64,000 bases of DNA from Candidatus Omnitrophota bacterium (GCA_043821445.1 JBDRCT010000037.1:49703-113702), one strand, 5' to 3'. Positions 9,535 through 20,368 are shown, counted from the stretch's first letter. The notes: generated by a model not told the origin, from the sequence alone. A program made the numbers and translations.

Positions 9535-10938
9535 AACGCTGTTGAAAGTTTGAAATATTTTATCCCCGAGCTGGTGCTCTTGGGCGGCGCGGTCGCGACG
9601 TTCACGCTGGATTTTTTCCTGAAGCGAAAGAAGCTCGTGGGAGAATTCGCCCTGCTCGTGATCGTGCTTGCGCTCTGCCTTGTAAAAACGCCCGCACAGC
9701 CCCTGCATCTTTTCTTCGGCATGTTCGAGCTGGATACCTTCGCGCATTTTTTCCGCTACTTGGCGCTGGGCGCCGTCGGCGTGACGCTTCTCATCTCGCT
9801 CGGCTACTCGCCGCTCAAGGACCGTTATGACGGCGAGTTCTACGGCCTTTTTCTTTTTATGGCGTTCGCCCTTATCACGGTCGCGGCAGCGAACAATCTC
9901 CTGATGATCTTTATCAGCATCGAATTCGTTTCCCTGCTCTCGTACCTTCTTGTGGGATTTCTGAAGAACGACCCCAGATCCAAAGAAGCGGCCATCAAGT
10001 ATCTTCTCTTCGGAAGTGTTTGCTCGGCCGTCATGCTCTACGGGATGTCCTTTCTCTACGGCGTCGCCGGATCGCTCGAACTTCCCGCCATCGGGAACGC
10101 CCTCTTTGATGCCCCCTTTAAGCCGCTGGCGATCGCGGCCGTTCTTTTCTTTTTTGTCGGACTGGGTTTTAAGATCTCCATGGCGCCTTTCCATATGTGG
10201 GTGCCCGACGTTTACGAAGGCGCGCCGACCCCGGTCACGGCCTTCCTGACCGTCGCGCCCAAAGCGCTCGGCTTCGCGGTCCTGACGCGCGTGTTGGACA
10301 TGATCTTCCTCAATTTCTACAGCGTCTGGAGCCCCGTACTCGTCGTCCTCTCGATCCTGACCATGACGATCGGCAACATCACCGCCGTCTCCCAATCGAA
10401 CATCAAGCGATTCTTGGCCTATTCGAGCATCGCGCAGGCGGGCTATATCCTCATGGGCCTCGCGGTCTTTACCATGCTTGGCCGTGCCTCGACCCTGATC
10501 TATTTACTTGCTTATCTCTTGACGAACCTCGGCGCCTTCGCGGTCGTCCTCTTCGTCGGCGGAGAGACCGGGAGCGATTCCCTGGACGCCTACGCGGGCC
10601 TTTCCGAGCGTTCCCCCGCCGCCGCGGCCATGCTCACCGTCTTTTTGCTCTCGCTTGCCGGTCTTCCTCCGTTCGCGGGATTCATCGGAAAATATTATGT
10701 GTTCGCGGCGGCCATTCAGGCGAAGTTCATTACGCTTACGATCGTCGCCGCCATCAATAGCGTGATCGCGGCCTATTATTATTTCCGGATCGTCCGGCTC
10801 ATGTACCTGACACCTCCCACAGGCCCCGCCTTTCCCTCTCCCTCAAGGTCCCTCGCGATCGTTCTCTGGATCCTGTTCCTGGGCGTTCTTGCGATGGGCA
10901 TTTTCCCGGGCTTTTTCATCACCCGTATCCTGGGATAA
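9532..10938 (+). CDS. nuoN: NADH-quinone oxidoreductase subunit N (GTG start)
   Basis: Antiporter-like subunit (WVPDVYEGAPTPVTAFLTVAPKA); last gene of the operon. Confidence 0.93.
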   Translation: MNAVESLKYFIPELVLLGGAVATFTLDFFLKRKKLVGEFALLVIVLALCLVKTPAQPLHLFFGMFELDTFAHFFRYLALGAVGVTLLISLGYSPLKDRYDGEFYGLFLFMAFALITVAAANNLLMIFISIEFVSLLSYLLVGFLKNDPRSKEAAIKYLLFGSVCSAVMLYGMSFLYGVAGSLELPAIGNALFDAPFKPLAIAAVLFFFVGLGFKISMAPFHMWVPDVYEGAPTPVTAFLTVAPKALGFAVLTRVLDMIFLNFYSVWSPVLVVLSILTMTIGNITAVSQSNIKRFLAYSSIAQAGYILMGLAVFTMLGRASTLIYLLAYLLTNLGAFAVVLFVGGETGSDSLDAYAGLSERSPAAAAMLTVFLLSLAGLPPFAGFIGKYYVFAAAIQAKFITLTIVAAINSVIAAYYYFRIVRLMYLTPPTGPAFPSPSRSLAIVLWILFLGVLAMGIFPGFFITRILG

Positions 10939-11037
10939 AAGTGCGCCGTTTTTCAGCCTGCCCCGTACTACGGGTTCCCGATCATGGTCGTAAGAAAAAC
11001 TCTTTGCAAAATAGACCCCATTGTTTTTTCACCCTTG

Positions 11038-11931
11038 ATGAATAAGCCTTGCCGTTGGTACGGGGTCCCGGAAAAAGCGCTTCTTCAGGATTTCCTCTTC
11101 ACGGTCCTGAAGGACCTCAAGAAAACAAAGATCAAGCAGATCCTGAAATTCGGCTCCGTCCACGTCAACGGCCGCGAGGTCACTTGGTACCGGCACCCCT
11201 TGAAGCCCGGCGACAAGGTCGAGATCCTGGGGAAAGAACGCGCTTCCGCGGAAAGATCCAAATCAGAGCTGGGCCTTGTGATCGTCTATGAGGACGAGGA
11301 TCTCCTGGTCGTGGAAAAACCTGCGGGGCTTCTGACCATGGGGACGGAACGCGAAAAAGAGGCGACGCTTTATTTTATGCTGGGCGAATACGAACGCTCT
11401 AAAGCCAAGGGCGGCCGGGACCGTGTTTTTATCGTGCATCGCCTGGACCGGGACGCTTCGGGATTGATCGTCTTCGCGAAAAACGACGCCGCAAAGCACG
11501 TGCTCCAGGGCCACTGGGAACTCGTCACCAAGAAATACTATGCGATCACGGAAGGGACTCCGGAGAAAAGATCGGGAACGATCGAGAACTATCTCAGGGG
11601 AGACGATTTCAAACGGGTCTACAGCGTTCCTAAAAACCACCCCGAAGCCCGACATGCCGTCACGCATTACCGCGTGCTCCGCGAGAACGGGGGCTACGCC
11701 CTCCTGGAAGTCCAGCTCGAGACCGGCCGCAAGAACCAGATCCGGGTGCATCTCTCCGGCCTCGGGTGCCCCATCATGGGCGATGAGAAATACGGCGCCA
11801 AGTCCGACCCTTTTCGCCGCCTGGCGCTCCACGCCTGTTTTCTCTCATTTCCCCACCCCGCCACGGGTGAGCTCAAGACCTTCCGGTCCTCTCTCCCCGC
11901 TCCTTTCAAAAAGATTTTCCCGACTACGTAA
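11038..11931 (+). CDS. RluA/RluD-family pseudouridine synthase with N-terminal S4-like domain
   Basis: VVEKPAGLLTM, HRLDRDASGLIVFAKN, NQIRVHL motifs. An in-frame upstream start at 10984 is possible. Confidence 0.8.
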   Translation: MNKPCRWYGVPEKALLQDFLFTVLKDLKKTKIKQILKFGSVHVNGREVTWYRHPLKPGDKVEILGKERASAERSKSELGLVIVYEDEDLLVVEKPAGLLTMGTEREKEATLYFMLGEYERSKAKGGRDRVFIVHRLDRDASGLIVFAKNDAAKHVLQGHWELVTKKYYAITEGTPEKRSGTIENYLRGDDFKRVYSVPKNHPEARHAVTHYRVLRENGGYALLEVQLETGRKNQIRVHLSGLGCPIMGDEKYGAKSDPFRRLALHACFLSFPHPATGELKTFRSSLPAPFKKIFPTT

Positions 11932-11935
11932 CAAC

Positions 11936-11975
11936 AAAAGGGGACAGGCATTGAGTGACTGCCTGTCCCCTTTTG
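11936..11975 (+). terminator. Rho-independent terminator after the pseudouridine synthase gene
   Basis: aaaaggggacaggca-ttgagtgac-tgcctgtcccctttt: perfect GC-rich stem followed by a T run, 5 nt after the stop. Confidence 0.8.
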
Positions 11976-11992
11976 TTTGACCAACCTAAAAG

Positions 11993-12083
11993 TGTCAGAG
12001 TATCAGAGTGTCAAAGTATCAGTGTTGACTCGTTGATACTATGACACGAGTTTGTTCCTGGCGAACGGTGACACTTTGATACT
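11993..12083. repeat. MITE-like element, family 2 (GTGTCAGAGTATCAGAGTGTCA ... TGACACTTTGATACT), copy 1
   Basis: Near-identical ~90-bp element with internal inverted repeats also at 24963-25054 in the same orientation. The two copies bracket the signalling island. Confidence 0.8.
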
Positions 12084-12130
12084 TAAGAATTCAGGGTTTA
12101 GTGTTTCTGGTTGCGGGGTTCTTGGCACTG

Positions 12131-12493
12131 CTAACCGATATACTTCTTGATCGTGGCGACCAACTCGTCGGATTTGAACGGCTTGGTGAGACAGCCGGCG
12201 GCCCCACATGTCGTGAACTTATCCTCAAGAAATTTGGCATTCGCAGAGATCAAAATAATGGGGATGTTTTTTGTTGCTTCTTCTTTCGATAATATTTTGG
12301 CGACTTCATCGCCATTCATGACCGGCAGGAGAACGTCCATAAGGATCAGGTTCGGCATCTTTTGACGCGCGAGATCAAGGGCCTCCCGGCCATTCGCGGC
12401 CCCAAAGGTCTCATAACCTACATGCCTGAGCCTGAGCAACGTCACCAGAAGGAGATCGCTTTCATCATCCACCACGAGGATTTTTTTTGTCAT
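12131..12493 (-). CDS. Single-domain response regulator (CheY-like receiver)
   Basis: KILVVDDE ... LMDVLLPVMNGDEV ... K-P receiver signature. Confidence 0.85.
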   Translation of the reverse strand: MTKKILVVDDESDLLLVTLLRLRHVGYETFGAANGREALDLARQKMPNLILMDVLLPVMNGDEVAKILSKEEATKNIPIILISANAKFLEDKFTTCGAAGCLTKPFKSDELVATIKKYIG

Positions 12494-12505
12494 AGGAGGT
12501 TCATT

Positions 12506-15500
12506 TTACAACGGTAAAGTAAAATGAAAAGAACTTCCTTTTCCGACGGTGGATTCCGCCCATATTTTTCCATGATGCGCAAGAATGATCTTTTTGGAGA
12601 TCGCGAGTCCCAAACCCGTGCCGCCTTTCTGCCTGTTCATGAGACCGCCTACCTGCTCAAAGGGCTGAAAAAGTTTAGGGAGATCTTCGGGGAGAATCCC
12701 CTCTCCTGTGTCCTGTACCCTTACATGCACGACGTCCTTCTCCTTTTGGACGGCAAGAGTGATGTCGCCGTTTTGGGTGTGACGGATAGCATTATTCACC
12801 AGATTCGTTATGACCTGGACCAGTTTGTCCCGGTCGAATTTTATTTTAGGGAGCCCCTTCTCCATCTCCACCTTGAGATCTAAACCTTTTCCTTTCACTA
12901 AAACGCTCATGCTTTGCCGGATCTCCTCCATTACCTCATGGAGATCATTTTGCAAAATGAGATATTCCATTTTTCCCGATTCTATTTTCTGGAAATCCAG
13001 AACATTGCTGATCAAGCCGATCAACCGCTCGCTATTCTTTTTCGCTATCGCTAATACCTCCTTGAGTTCGTCATCGACCTTGTCCGGCAAACCTTCCAAA
13101 GCAATTTCCAAAGCTCCAAGGATCACCGCGATCGGACTTCTAAGCTCGTGAGAGATCATCGAGATAAACTTTGTTTTTGCCTCCGTAGCGGCCGCCATAA
13201 CCTCCACGCGGTTCTTTTCTGCTGCCAGTATTTTTTGCTCGGTGATATCCTCGGAAATACCCAACAGGTATTTCGTGACCCCATCGGCCCCTCGAACGCA
13301 GACCTTCCGTGTGTGAAGCAACCGCTCGCCTTTCTTGGCCGTTAAAATAGGCTCTTCGGGAATGTCCACCATGCCGGCCTTGCCATCGAGCACTTCGCGG
13401 TCCTTGGCCGCAAAGAACGCCGCCTGTTCGGGAGGAAAAAGATCCAGGTTGTTCTTGCCAAGCACTGCCTTGCGGTCATAGCCCAGGAGTTCCTCTCCCG
13501 CACGATTGAATATGATGAAACGCAGGTCTTTCGCCTCTTTCAGGAAGATCATGAGCGGAACATTTTCCACGACCGCCTCGGTGAGTTCTTTCGATTCCCT
13601 GAGTTCCTGCTCGGTCTTCATGCGATCGGTGATATCCCGGGCAATGCCCAGCACGCCAATGATTTTTTGGTGGGTATCAAAGAGAGGCATTTTTAAAGTA
13701 TCGAATATCCGGATCCCTTCCGGTGTGTTCGCCGGATCATGAGTATTATGGATCACGTTTCCGTTCAAGACGTCCCGGTCATCATTTTCAAACCCGCGTA
13801 TCCCCTTAAGCGGATTCCCATGAACAAGTTCCGGATCCCATCCGTTCTCGACGTCCGTATGCCCGATCATATCCTTCGGTGCCTTACCGACAGCTCTGGC
13901 GTAAGCCTTGTTGGCAAGTATCGTGCGCAGTTCAGTGTCTTTTGCAAAAATAAAGTCCGGCGTAGAATCAATGATCTCTTTTAATACTTCGCCTTGCTGT
14001 TTTAACTCTTCCTGTATTTTTTTCCGCTCGGTAATGTCCCAGAAAAAGCCGAGGAGCCCCGTTACGTGACCCGCCCCATCGCGGACAGGCACCTTGACGA
14101 TATGGACATAAGACTTCCGAGAGCCTGAGAGATAATCCCGGATCCCATGGTATTCCTCTTCCCGGTCTTCCGGCATCCCCGATTCCATGATCTGCTTATC
14201 TTCATCCCTTTGTTTTTCCGCCAGATGCGTAGGAAAAAAATCATAGTCTGTTTTTCCCACGATCTCTTCCGACCGGATCCCAAGGTCCTTTGCGTAATTC
14301 TCATTGCAGGATAAATAGACGGAGTTCTTGTCTTTAAGGAACACCTTGGAGGGCAAAGTCTCGATGAGTGTTCTGAACTGCAGTTCCTTGGCTTCTGCCA
14401 ATTCTTTTTTCAACCGCTTGCGCTCGGTGATGTCGCGGATATTGCACTGGATCACTTTGCGATGGTCCACCTGATAGACATTACTCACGAACTCCACTTC
14501 GATCTTCCGGCCATCTGCCGTCTCCAAGGGCAGATCTTCATAGCGGGCGTATTTTTCCTGTTGCAGTTTCAGGAAATTATTCTTATTCGCAATGATATCC
14601 TTGAGACATCCGACATCCCAGATCGCTTTTCCGAGGAATTCTTTGTGCGAATATCCTAACATCTCGATCAAATACGGGTTGGCATCCAGGATCATGCCTG
14701 TCCCGGCATCGAGGATCAAGATGCCGTCTTTCGCTGCCTCAAAAAGGCGACGGTATCGCGTTTCTGAATCTAGAAGCAATGCTTCCGTCCGTTTGCGCGC
14801 TTCAAGCTGTAGAGTGCGGTACCAAAAGGCCATTCCACCTGCAACACAAAGGATCAAGATAAGAACCGCGAGGGAAACCGCCACAGCACGCAAACGCACC
14901 TCTCCTCGGATCTCCGCTTCGTCTTCCTTAGTCACCAGGAACCAGTCCGTCCCGGGTATAGGCTGCAGATCTGCGACAACCGCCTTCCCAAGGTAATCCT
15001 TACCGTAGAAGATCCCTCTCCTCCCGAGGACCGCCTGAACGGCCGGTAACGTGTTCAGAGAAAGCAGAAAGCTCAGCCTCAGGGCTGTGTTTTTCCGGTG
15101 CCTGAGTTCGTTTAGAAAAAGCACTTCGTCACCGTCCCGGCGCACCAGCAAAGTCTCGCCGCTTTGGCTGGATGTCGGCCAGGCCTCGATCATCGGGAAA
15201 AGGTATTCTTGCACATTTGTAGTCAACACAAGAACCGCCAGTGTTTGGTTCGCATCGTCCCTGATAGCCGCTGCGATATCGATATGGATCCCACCGGAGA
15301 CAGTATAGTGCAACTGGCTCAGCACCGGACGACGTTCCGTTAAAGCCTTCTTCACCGCCACCCAGCTTTCTTTCTCCATCTCCACAGGCCGAGAAGCACC
15401 GGAAAGCAGGATCTTCCCGCCCGCGTCCACCAGAAGTGCCTGGAAATAAATGCCGAGTTCCTGTTCAAGCTGCAGGCGTTCGACCAGATCCTCTCTGTCG

Positions 15501-15820
15501 GCAAGCCGCTCCGGATCGCGAAGCCATTCGGCCAAGATTCTTTTAACCGCCGGAGAATCTGAGATCCTTCTCGCGTCATTGCTCCGCTCCTGGCACCAAC
15601 GCTGGATCTGTTTTATCTTGATCTGATTAATGGCGCCCAGCCCAGAGATCCTCAGTTGCCGGATCCGGTCCAGGTCGGAAAAATAATAAAACGAACCGCA
15701 CGCAATAAATAATACCGCGATCAGGAAGAACCATAGCATCATCTTGTGCCCGGGTACCCGGGCGGCCGCTTCCCAATGACCGTTGCTCGTTCTTGCCGGC
15801 TTGTCTGGACTCATATCCAC
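12506..15820 (-). CDS. Sensor histidine kinase: periplasmic sensor domain + TM + multiple PAS + HisKA + HATPase_c
   Basis: HELRSPIAVILG (H-box); GTGLGLAISKKIILAHHGKIWAESTVGKGSSFHFTLP (G2 box); repeated PAS blocks. The N-terminal sensor domain is paralogous to that of 22372-24927. Confidence 0.9.
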   Translation of the reverse strand: MDMSPDKPARTSNGHWEAAARVPGHKMMLWFFLIAVLFIACGSFYYFSDLDRIRQLRISGLGAINQIKIKQIQRWCQERSNDARRISDSPAVKRILAEWLRDPERLADREDLVERLQLEQELGIYFQALLVDAGGKILLSGASRPVEMEKESWVAVKKALTERRPVLSQLHYTVSGGIHIDIAAAIRDDANQTLAVLVLTTNVQEYLFPMIEAWPTSSQSGETLLVRRDGDEVLFLNELRHRKNTALRLSFLLSLNTLPAVQAVLGRRGIFYGKDYLGKAVVADLQPIPGTDWFLVTKEDEAEIRGEVRLRAVAVSLAVLILILCVAGGMAFWYRTLQLEARKRTEALLLDSETRYRRLFEAAKDGILILDAGTGMILDANPYLIEMLGYSHKEFLGKAIWDVGCLKDIIANKNNFLKLQQEKYARYEDLPLETADGRKIEVEFVSNVYQVDHRKVIQCNIRDITERKRLKKELAEAKELQFRTLIETLPSKVFLKDKNSVYLSCNENYAKDLGIRSEEIVGKTDYDFFPTHLAEKQRDEDKQIMESGMPEDREEEYHGIRDYLSGSRKSYVHIVKVPVRDGAGHVTGLLGFFWDITERKKIQEELKQQGEVLKEIIDSTPDFIFAKDTELRTILANKAYARAVGKAPKDMIGHTDVENGWDPELVHGNPLKGIRGFENDDRDVLNGNVIHNTHDPANTPEGIRIFDTLKMPLFDTHQKIIGVLGIARDITDRMKTEQELRESKELTEAVVENVPLMIFLKEAKDLRFIIFNRAGEELLGYDRKAVLGKNNLDLFPPEQAAFFAAKDREVLDGKAGMVDIPEEPILTAKKGERLLHTRKVCVRGADGVTKYLLGISEDITEQKILAAEKNRVEVMAAATEAKTKFISMISHELRSPIAVILGALEIALEGLPDKVDDELKEVLAIAKKNSERLIGLISNVLDFQKIESGKMEYLILQNDLHEVMEEIRQSMSVLVKGKGLDLKVEMEKGLPKIKFDRDKLVQVITNLVNNAIRHTQNGDITLAVQKEKDVVHVRVQDTGEGILPEDLPKLFQPFEQVGGLMNRQKGGTGLGLAISKKIILAHHGKIWAESTVGKGSSFHFTLPL

Positions 15821-15879
15821 TCCGTCAGATGGACGATACGTTAAAATCTATGAAACCCCAAATCCCTGCCTGACCGGCC

Positions 15880-16030
15880 GGCAGGCGAAACCCTGAACTC
15901 GACAAACCCTAAATCCAAAACTCTAAATAAATCCAAAACCTAAAATCCAAAATTCGACAAATTTTATACACTAAATATTAAATCTAAAATTCCAAACCCT
16001 AAATCCAAAAAGTTTCGGTTTTCAAAAAGT
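15880..16030. promoter_or_regulatory. AT-rich degenerate (C)TAAATCCAAAA repeat tract upstream of the 12506-15820 kinase
   Basis: Repeated ccctaaatccaaaa, aaatccaaaacctaaaatccaaaattcgacaaa and ctaaatattaaatctaaaattccaaaccctaaatccaaaaag. A similar tract lies at 21240-21330. Confidence 0.4.
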
Positions 16031-16053
16031 GTGCGCTCGTCGTCGATCGTTCG

Positions 16054-16440
16054 TCAAACACCTCTTGGACCCAGACGTTCTTCAATGCAATCCATCAGTT
16101 GTTTGATGTCTACCGGTTTAGCCAGAAAGAACTGGCCGCCTATTTCTCCTCCGGTTCGCGCTAATTCTTGAGCACTCACAGCTCCTGTTAAGAAAACGAT
16201 GGGCACTTGAGCCAAAGCAGGGTCCGATCTGATCTCAAAAGCTAAAGCCGACCCTTCCATTTCAGGCATCATGATATCGATGAAAATAATCTGGGGTTTG
16301 AAATCACGGGCTTTTTGTAATGCTAATTTAGCGTTTTGCTCCACCGCGACCTCGTAGCCGCCTTTCTGTTCCAAAACCCTCTTAAACATGCGAAGCAGCG
16401 CCTCTTCGTCGTCGACGAAAAGAATCCTCTTTTTTTCCAT
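16054..16440 (-). CDS. Single-domain response regulator (receiver)
   Basis: ILFVDDEEALL ... FIDIMMPEMEGSALAF ... receiver fold. Stop is 1 nt from the upstream kinase start. Confidence 0.85.
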   Translation of the reverse strand: MEKKRILFVDDEEALLRMFKRVLEQKGGYEVAVEQNAKLALQKARDFKPQIIFIDIMMPEMEGSALAFEIRSDPALAQVPIVFLTGAVSAQELARTGGEIGGQFFLAKPVDIKQLMDCIEERLGPRGV

Positions 16441-19424
16441 TAAACACCCCCCTTTTTCCGTTCATCCAATATTTCGTTAACTTTTTTCAACAGAGAGAGC
16501 GAAGAAAATGGCTTGGGAATGAGCCCGGCATCAGGACCCAGCACATCAAACCCATCCAAAGCATCCCCCATATAGCCGGACATAAAAAGCACTTTAAGAT
16601 CCGGTTGGATTTTTTTGATCCTCTCCGCGGTTTCTCTGCCGCCTATCTGAGGCATAATAACGTCCGTTAACAAAAGATCGACTTTTACATGCTTGCGTGA
16701 AAGCTCCTCCAACAGGTTAATGGCATCGACGCCGCTTTGCGCTACGAAAAGAGTATAACCTTGTCCACTTAAGATCTTGGAGCAAAACTGGCGGATCATC
16801 GGCTCATCTTCGACCAATAGGATGGTCTCCGATCTTTGAGGCAGGATCTCCTTCTCCTTCTCCTTCTCCTTCTCCTTCTCCTTCTCCTTCTCCTTCTCCT
16901 TCTCCTTCTCCTTCTCCTTCTCCTTCTCCTTCTCCTTCTCCTTTTCGCTGATATCTAATTCTGTGGCAGAAGGCAATAAGACTTTAAATGCGGTCCCCTT
17001 TCCCGGCTCACTTTGAACAGAAATGTGACCCTCCATCCGCTTAATGATCCCGTAACACGTCGCAAGACCCAGCCCTGTCCCTTTATCTTTAGATTTCGTG
17101 GTAAAAAAGGGTTCGAACAGATGGCGTTTAGTCTCTTCATCTATACCAACGCCTGTGTCAGTCACAGACAGTTGGACGTACGCTCCGGGCTTTAGGCCTG
17201 GATCGTTCATGACATCCGCTTCATTCAGAATAATATTTGTGATTTCAAAAACTATTTTTCCTTTGCCCGACATAGCATCCCGCGCATTCACCGCGAGATT
17301 CATGATGACTTGTTCCATCTGGTCCGGATCGATCTTAGTCCTCTTCAATAAACTATCTGTGAACATTACGACTTCAATGCCTGCGCCCAGAAGACGCTTG
17401 AGCATCTGGCTCATGTCCATCACGAGAGCGCTCAGATCGACGAGAATGGGTTTCACCGGTTGGCGGCGCGAAAAAGCGAGAAGTTGATTCGTAAGATTCT
17501 GCGCGCGCTTGCCGGCTTTGAAAATTTCCTCTAGATCATCATGAAGCGGATTATCAGGAGCCAGGGATCCCAGTGTCAGGTCAGCATAGCCATTGATCAC
17601 GGTCAGGAGATTATTAAAATCATGGGCAATGCCACCGGCCAGTATGCCGACGGCTTTCATCTTTTCGGCGTGGGCAATCTGGGCCTGAACCCTTTCTAAT
17701 TCCGCCAAGTTCTTTTCCAATCTTTCCCTGATCTGGTTGTTATCAGCCAGCATGCTGGTCATGATCTCGCGGGATTTCATCTCTTCCTTCAAAACCTGAT
17801 TCATCTTCTCTTCCGCCCGCTTGCGCTCGGTGATATCATGGGCTACGTACACCGCCCCCAGGATCTTTTCGCAATGCTCGCCTTTTTCTTTAAATGACGG
17901 GTAATCGTCCTTTGGCTCTTTTTGAGGACAGTCTTTTTCCCTTAGTATTGCTCTGCTTAAAATAACCGGCATTTTCTTTCCATCCTTAGCTTTGTAATTG
18001 ATCTCATAATCCTTCGAAACTCCCCCCTTGAGAAGCTTCTTAAGTTTTGCTCCCTGAAGTGGAATTTCTTCTTCTGAAAATAAAAGACTTATATCTTTCC
18101 CGATCAGTTCTTTTTTCTCATAGCCTAAAAGCGCGTATGTCGCTTTATTAACAATTGAAATTTTTGAATCGGGATCAATGACTACCAGGCTATCGACCAT
18201 GTTCTCCATGATATTATCGAGATAATCCCTTGAAACGGTGGTCTTCCCCAACTGCCTGGTCATCGCATTGAAAGCATCGGCCAGGTCTTCGATTTCATCC
18301 CCGGTTTTCAAGTCTATTGTGTGATCCCATTCTCCCTGAGAGAAACGCTGTATCCCATCCCGGATCTTTTGTAGCGGAGAAATAAAAACGGCTTTGATCC
18401 TCTTTTGCAGGCTCCTTATGAGCAAAAGAGAAAAAAATATTATCATAATGAAGCCCACGGCAGAGATCACATAGAACGGAAAAAAGATCTCCTTCATCTC
18501 TTGCGTCACAACAGTGATCCAATGGATATCATTCCTCTTAAGATATTGGCTATTAACCTCTGCCGCGGTTACAAGAGAATTTCCATCCTGCTTGCCTAGA
18601 TTCAAAATCAAAAAATCACGCTTGCTGTTCAAGAGCTCCCCTATCATAATGCTCGTCAGCGGCGATTGGCTCATCGGATCCATGCCGGCGTGATAAATCA
18701 CCATTCCTTGTTCATTAAGCAGCGCCGAACGGCCGGTTCTGCCGAATTTATACCGTTTCATCATCTTAAAAAATACATCAATATCTACTATGGCTTTTGC
18801 AATACCGATGATCCGGCCCTTCTCATCCTTGATCGGAACCGCAATAGCGCTGCTTATTTTCCCGCTGGATTCATCTATCGTAACTTCGCCAAAATAATTA
18901 TCGCCTTTGCCGTTATCATAGGCGCGTTGCCACCACCGTTCATCCGCCTGATAGAAATCACTCGTTTTGTTTGACGCAGCCACCAATCCGCCATATTGGT
19001 CCGTAAGAAATATTTCCGCTATAACATCATCGCCTTCCGCCAAGACCTTCAGCCTCTGACCTATGCGGGAACCCAGCCATTCCTGTAGCTGGCTATCCGC
19101 CATAGCGGCCCACTGCTTATCCATGTGCGCCATATACTCCTGGATGGCTTTGGGTTCCAAATCTTTATAGCGCAGGTTCGCTTCTTGAACCGCATCGCGC
19201 CACCACTGACTTTCCACGTAAAATCTTATTTCGTCCACTTGACGATCAATGAGACTCGCGATGAATCCCGAGAATAACCGCGCATCTTGTTTTTGCCTGC
19301 TGCCGATGGTGTCAAAGCGCATTTTCCAGACGCTGCCGAAACCTGCGATCAGCAGACATGCGACCGCTATGCCGATACTGAAGACTATGAATCGTGAAAT
19401 TTTTTTACTGACACTTGCTTTCAT
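16440..19424 (-). CDS. Hybrid sensor histidine kinase: double-Cache-like sensor + HAMP + PAS + HisKA + HATPase_c + (EK)16 linker + receiver
   Basis: [16 protein letters not shown] (H-box); [37 protein letters not shown]; a long EKEKEK... run; C-terminal [13 protein letters not shown] receiver. Confidence 0.9.
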   Translation of the reverse strand: MKASVSKKISRFIVFSIGIAVACLLIAGFGSVWKMRFDTIGSRQKQDARLFSGFIASLIDRQVDEIRFYVESQWWRDAVQEANLRYKDLEPKAIQEYMAHMDKQWAAMADSQLQEWLGSRIGQRLKVLAEGDDVIAEIFLTDQYGGLVAASNKTSDFYQADERWWQRAYDNGKGDNYFGEVTIDESSGKISSAIAVPIKDEKGRIIGIAKAIVDIDVFFKMMKRYKFGRTGRSALLNEQGMVIYHAGMDPMSQSPLTSIMIGELLNSKRDFLILNLGKQDGNSLVTAAEVNSQYLKRNDIHWITVVTQEMKEIFFPFYVISAVGFIMIIFFSLLLIRSLQKRIKAVFISPLQKIRDGIQRFSQGEWDHTIDLKTGDEIEDLADAFNAMTRQLGKTTVSRDYLDNIMENMVDSLVVIDPDSKISIVNKATYALLGYEKKELIGKDISLLFSEEEIPLQGAKLKKLLKGGVSKDYEINYKAKDGKKMPVILSRAILREKDCPQKEPKDDYPSFKEKGEHCEKILGAVYVAHDITERKRAEEKMNQVLKEEMKSREIMTSMLADNNQIRERLEKNLAELERVQAQIAHAEKMKAVGILAGGIAHDFNNLLTVINGYADLTLGSLAPDNPLHDDLEEIFKAGKRAQNLTNQLLAFSRRQPVKPILVDLSALVMDMSQMLKRLLGAGIEVVMFTDSLLKRTKIDPDQMEQVIMNLAVNARDAMSGKGKIVFEITNIILNEADVMNDPGLKPGAYVQLSVTDTGVGIDEETKRHLFEPFFTTKSKDKGTGLGLATCYGIIKRMEGHISVQSEPGKGTAFKVLLPSATELDISEKEKEKEKEKEKEKEKEKEKEKEKEKEKEKEKEILPQRSETILLVEDEPMIRQFCSKILSGQGYTLFVAQSGVDAINLLEELSRKHVKVDLLLTDVIMPQIGGRETAERIKKIQPDLKVLFMSGYMGDALDGFDVLGPDAGLIPKPFSSLSLLKKVNEILDERKKGGV
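16848..16943 (-). repeat. Perfect hexanucleotide SSR (CTCCTT)16 on the + strand = (AAGGAG)16 on the coding strand, encoding the (EK)16 linker
   Basis: 16 uninterrupted 6-bp units counted directly. The unit is the Shine-Dalgarno consensus on the mRNA. Confidence 0.95.
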
Positions 19425-19430
19425 CGTAGT

Positions 19431-20343
19431 TCAAGTCCCTTGATCTTTGAGCTTTTTCTCCAGATCTGCCACCTGCTCTTTCAATTCCAAGATCCGCTCT
19501 TCCCTGCCGATGCTTGCTTTATAAAAAACTTCCAGTTCCTGCAGGCGTTTCTGCAATTCCTTCTCGGCTTTCTTATACCCCGTGATATCCTCCACCATCT
19601 CGATGACGGCGACAACCTTGCCATGCTCGTCTTTGATCGGAGAAGCGACGATCCTGTAATTAAACACTTGGCCGCCCATAGGCGTTTCCGTCACATCTTC
19701 GTGCACGAGTCCGTCTTTCAATGTCTTGGCTGTCGGGCAATAAGAACAAATTTCATCTCTCGGCGGTTGGTTAAAGGCGCGGTAACAAATAGGTTTGTCT
19801 TCAAGATCAATGCGCGGATTCCATTTCTTCATTTGCTTGTTTAAAGACAAAATTTGCATATCCGGAGAGACCACTGCCACGCCGATACTGATGTTGTCCA
19901 GAATGCCTCGAAGCTTTTCCTCACTTTCACGCAAGGCATTATCCGCCTTTTTGTGGTCGGTGCGCTCCTGCCTCTCTTTAAGTGCGCGTTGGATGGCCGG
20001 AACAAGTCTGGAAAGCTTGTCTTTCATGACGTAATCCACCGCCCCGGACTTCATCATCTCGACGGCGATGTCCTCGCCGATGGTTCCCGAAACAACGATG
20101 AAAGGTGTTTCCGGAAAGCGCTCCTTGACGATATCGAGAGCCTTGAAAGCATCGAATGACGGCATCTTATAGTCGCAGAGGATCATGTCAGGAACAAATT
20201 CGCCAAGCGCCGAAAGAAACTCCTCCTTCGACTGCACCCATTTCACGGTATGAGTGAAGTCCCTCTTGCCGAGCTCTCTTTTGATGAGCTCGGCATCAAC
20301 GGCGGAATCTTCTACGGCGAGGATATGTATTTTTTGAGCCATA
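19431..20343 (-). CDS. Response regulator: receiver + PAS + coiled-coil C-terminus
   Basis: GGAGG RBS then ATG (MAQKIHILAVEDSAVD...). The ORF extends further 5' in frame but lacks an RBS there. PAS block after the receiver. Confidence 0.8.
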
Positions 20344-20368
20344 AAACCTCCCAACCAGCCTTCAGTCG

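Noticed and set aside
11984-12100. Short minus-strand ORFs (e.g. 11694-11984) and plus-strand ORFs 12101-12365 around the family-2 MITE.
   Set aside because: They overlap the pseudouridine synthase or receiver genes in alternative frames, or run through repeat sequence. No coding signal.
16848-16943. Regular short repeats that might suggest a CRISPR array.
   Set aside because: It is a 6-bp microsatellite inside a CDS with no spacers. The 1.86-kb tandem units at 37-44.5 kb are gene duplications. No CRISPR repeat-spacer architecture and no cas genes anywhere in the window.
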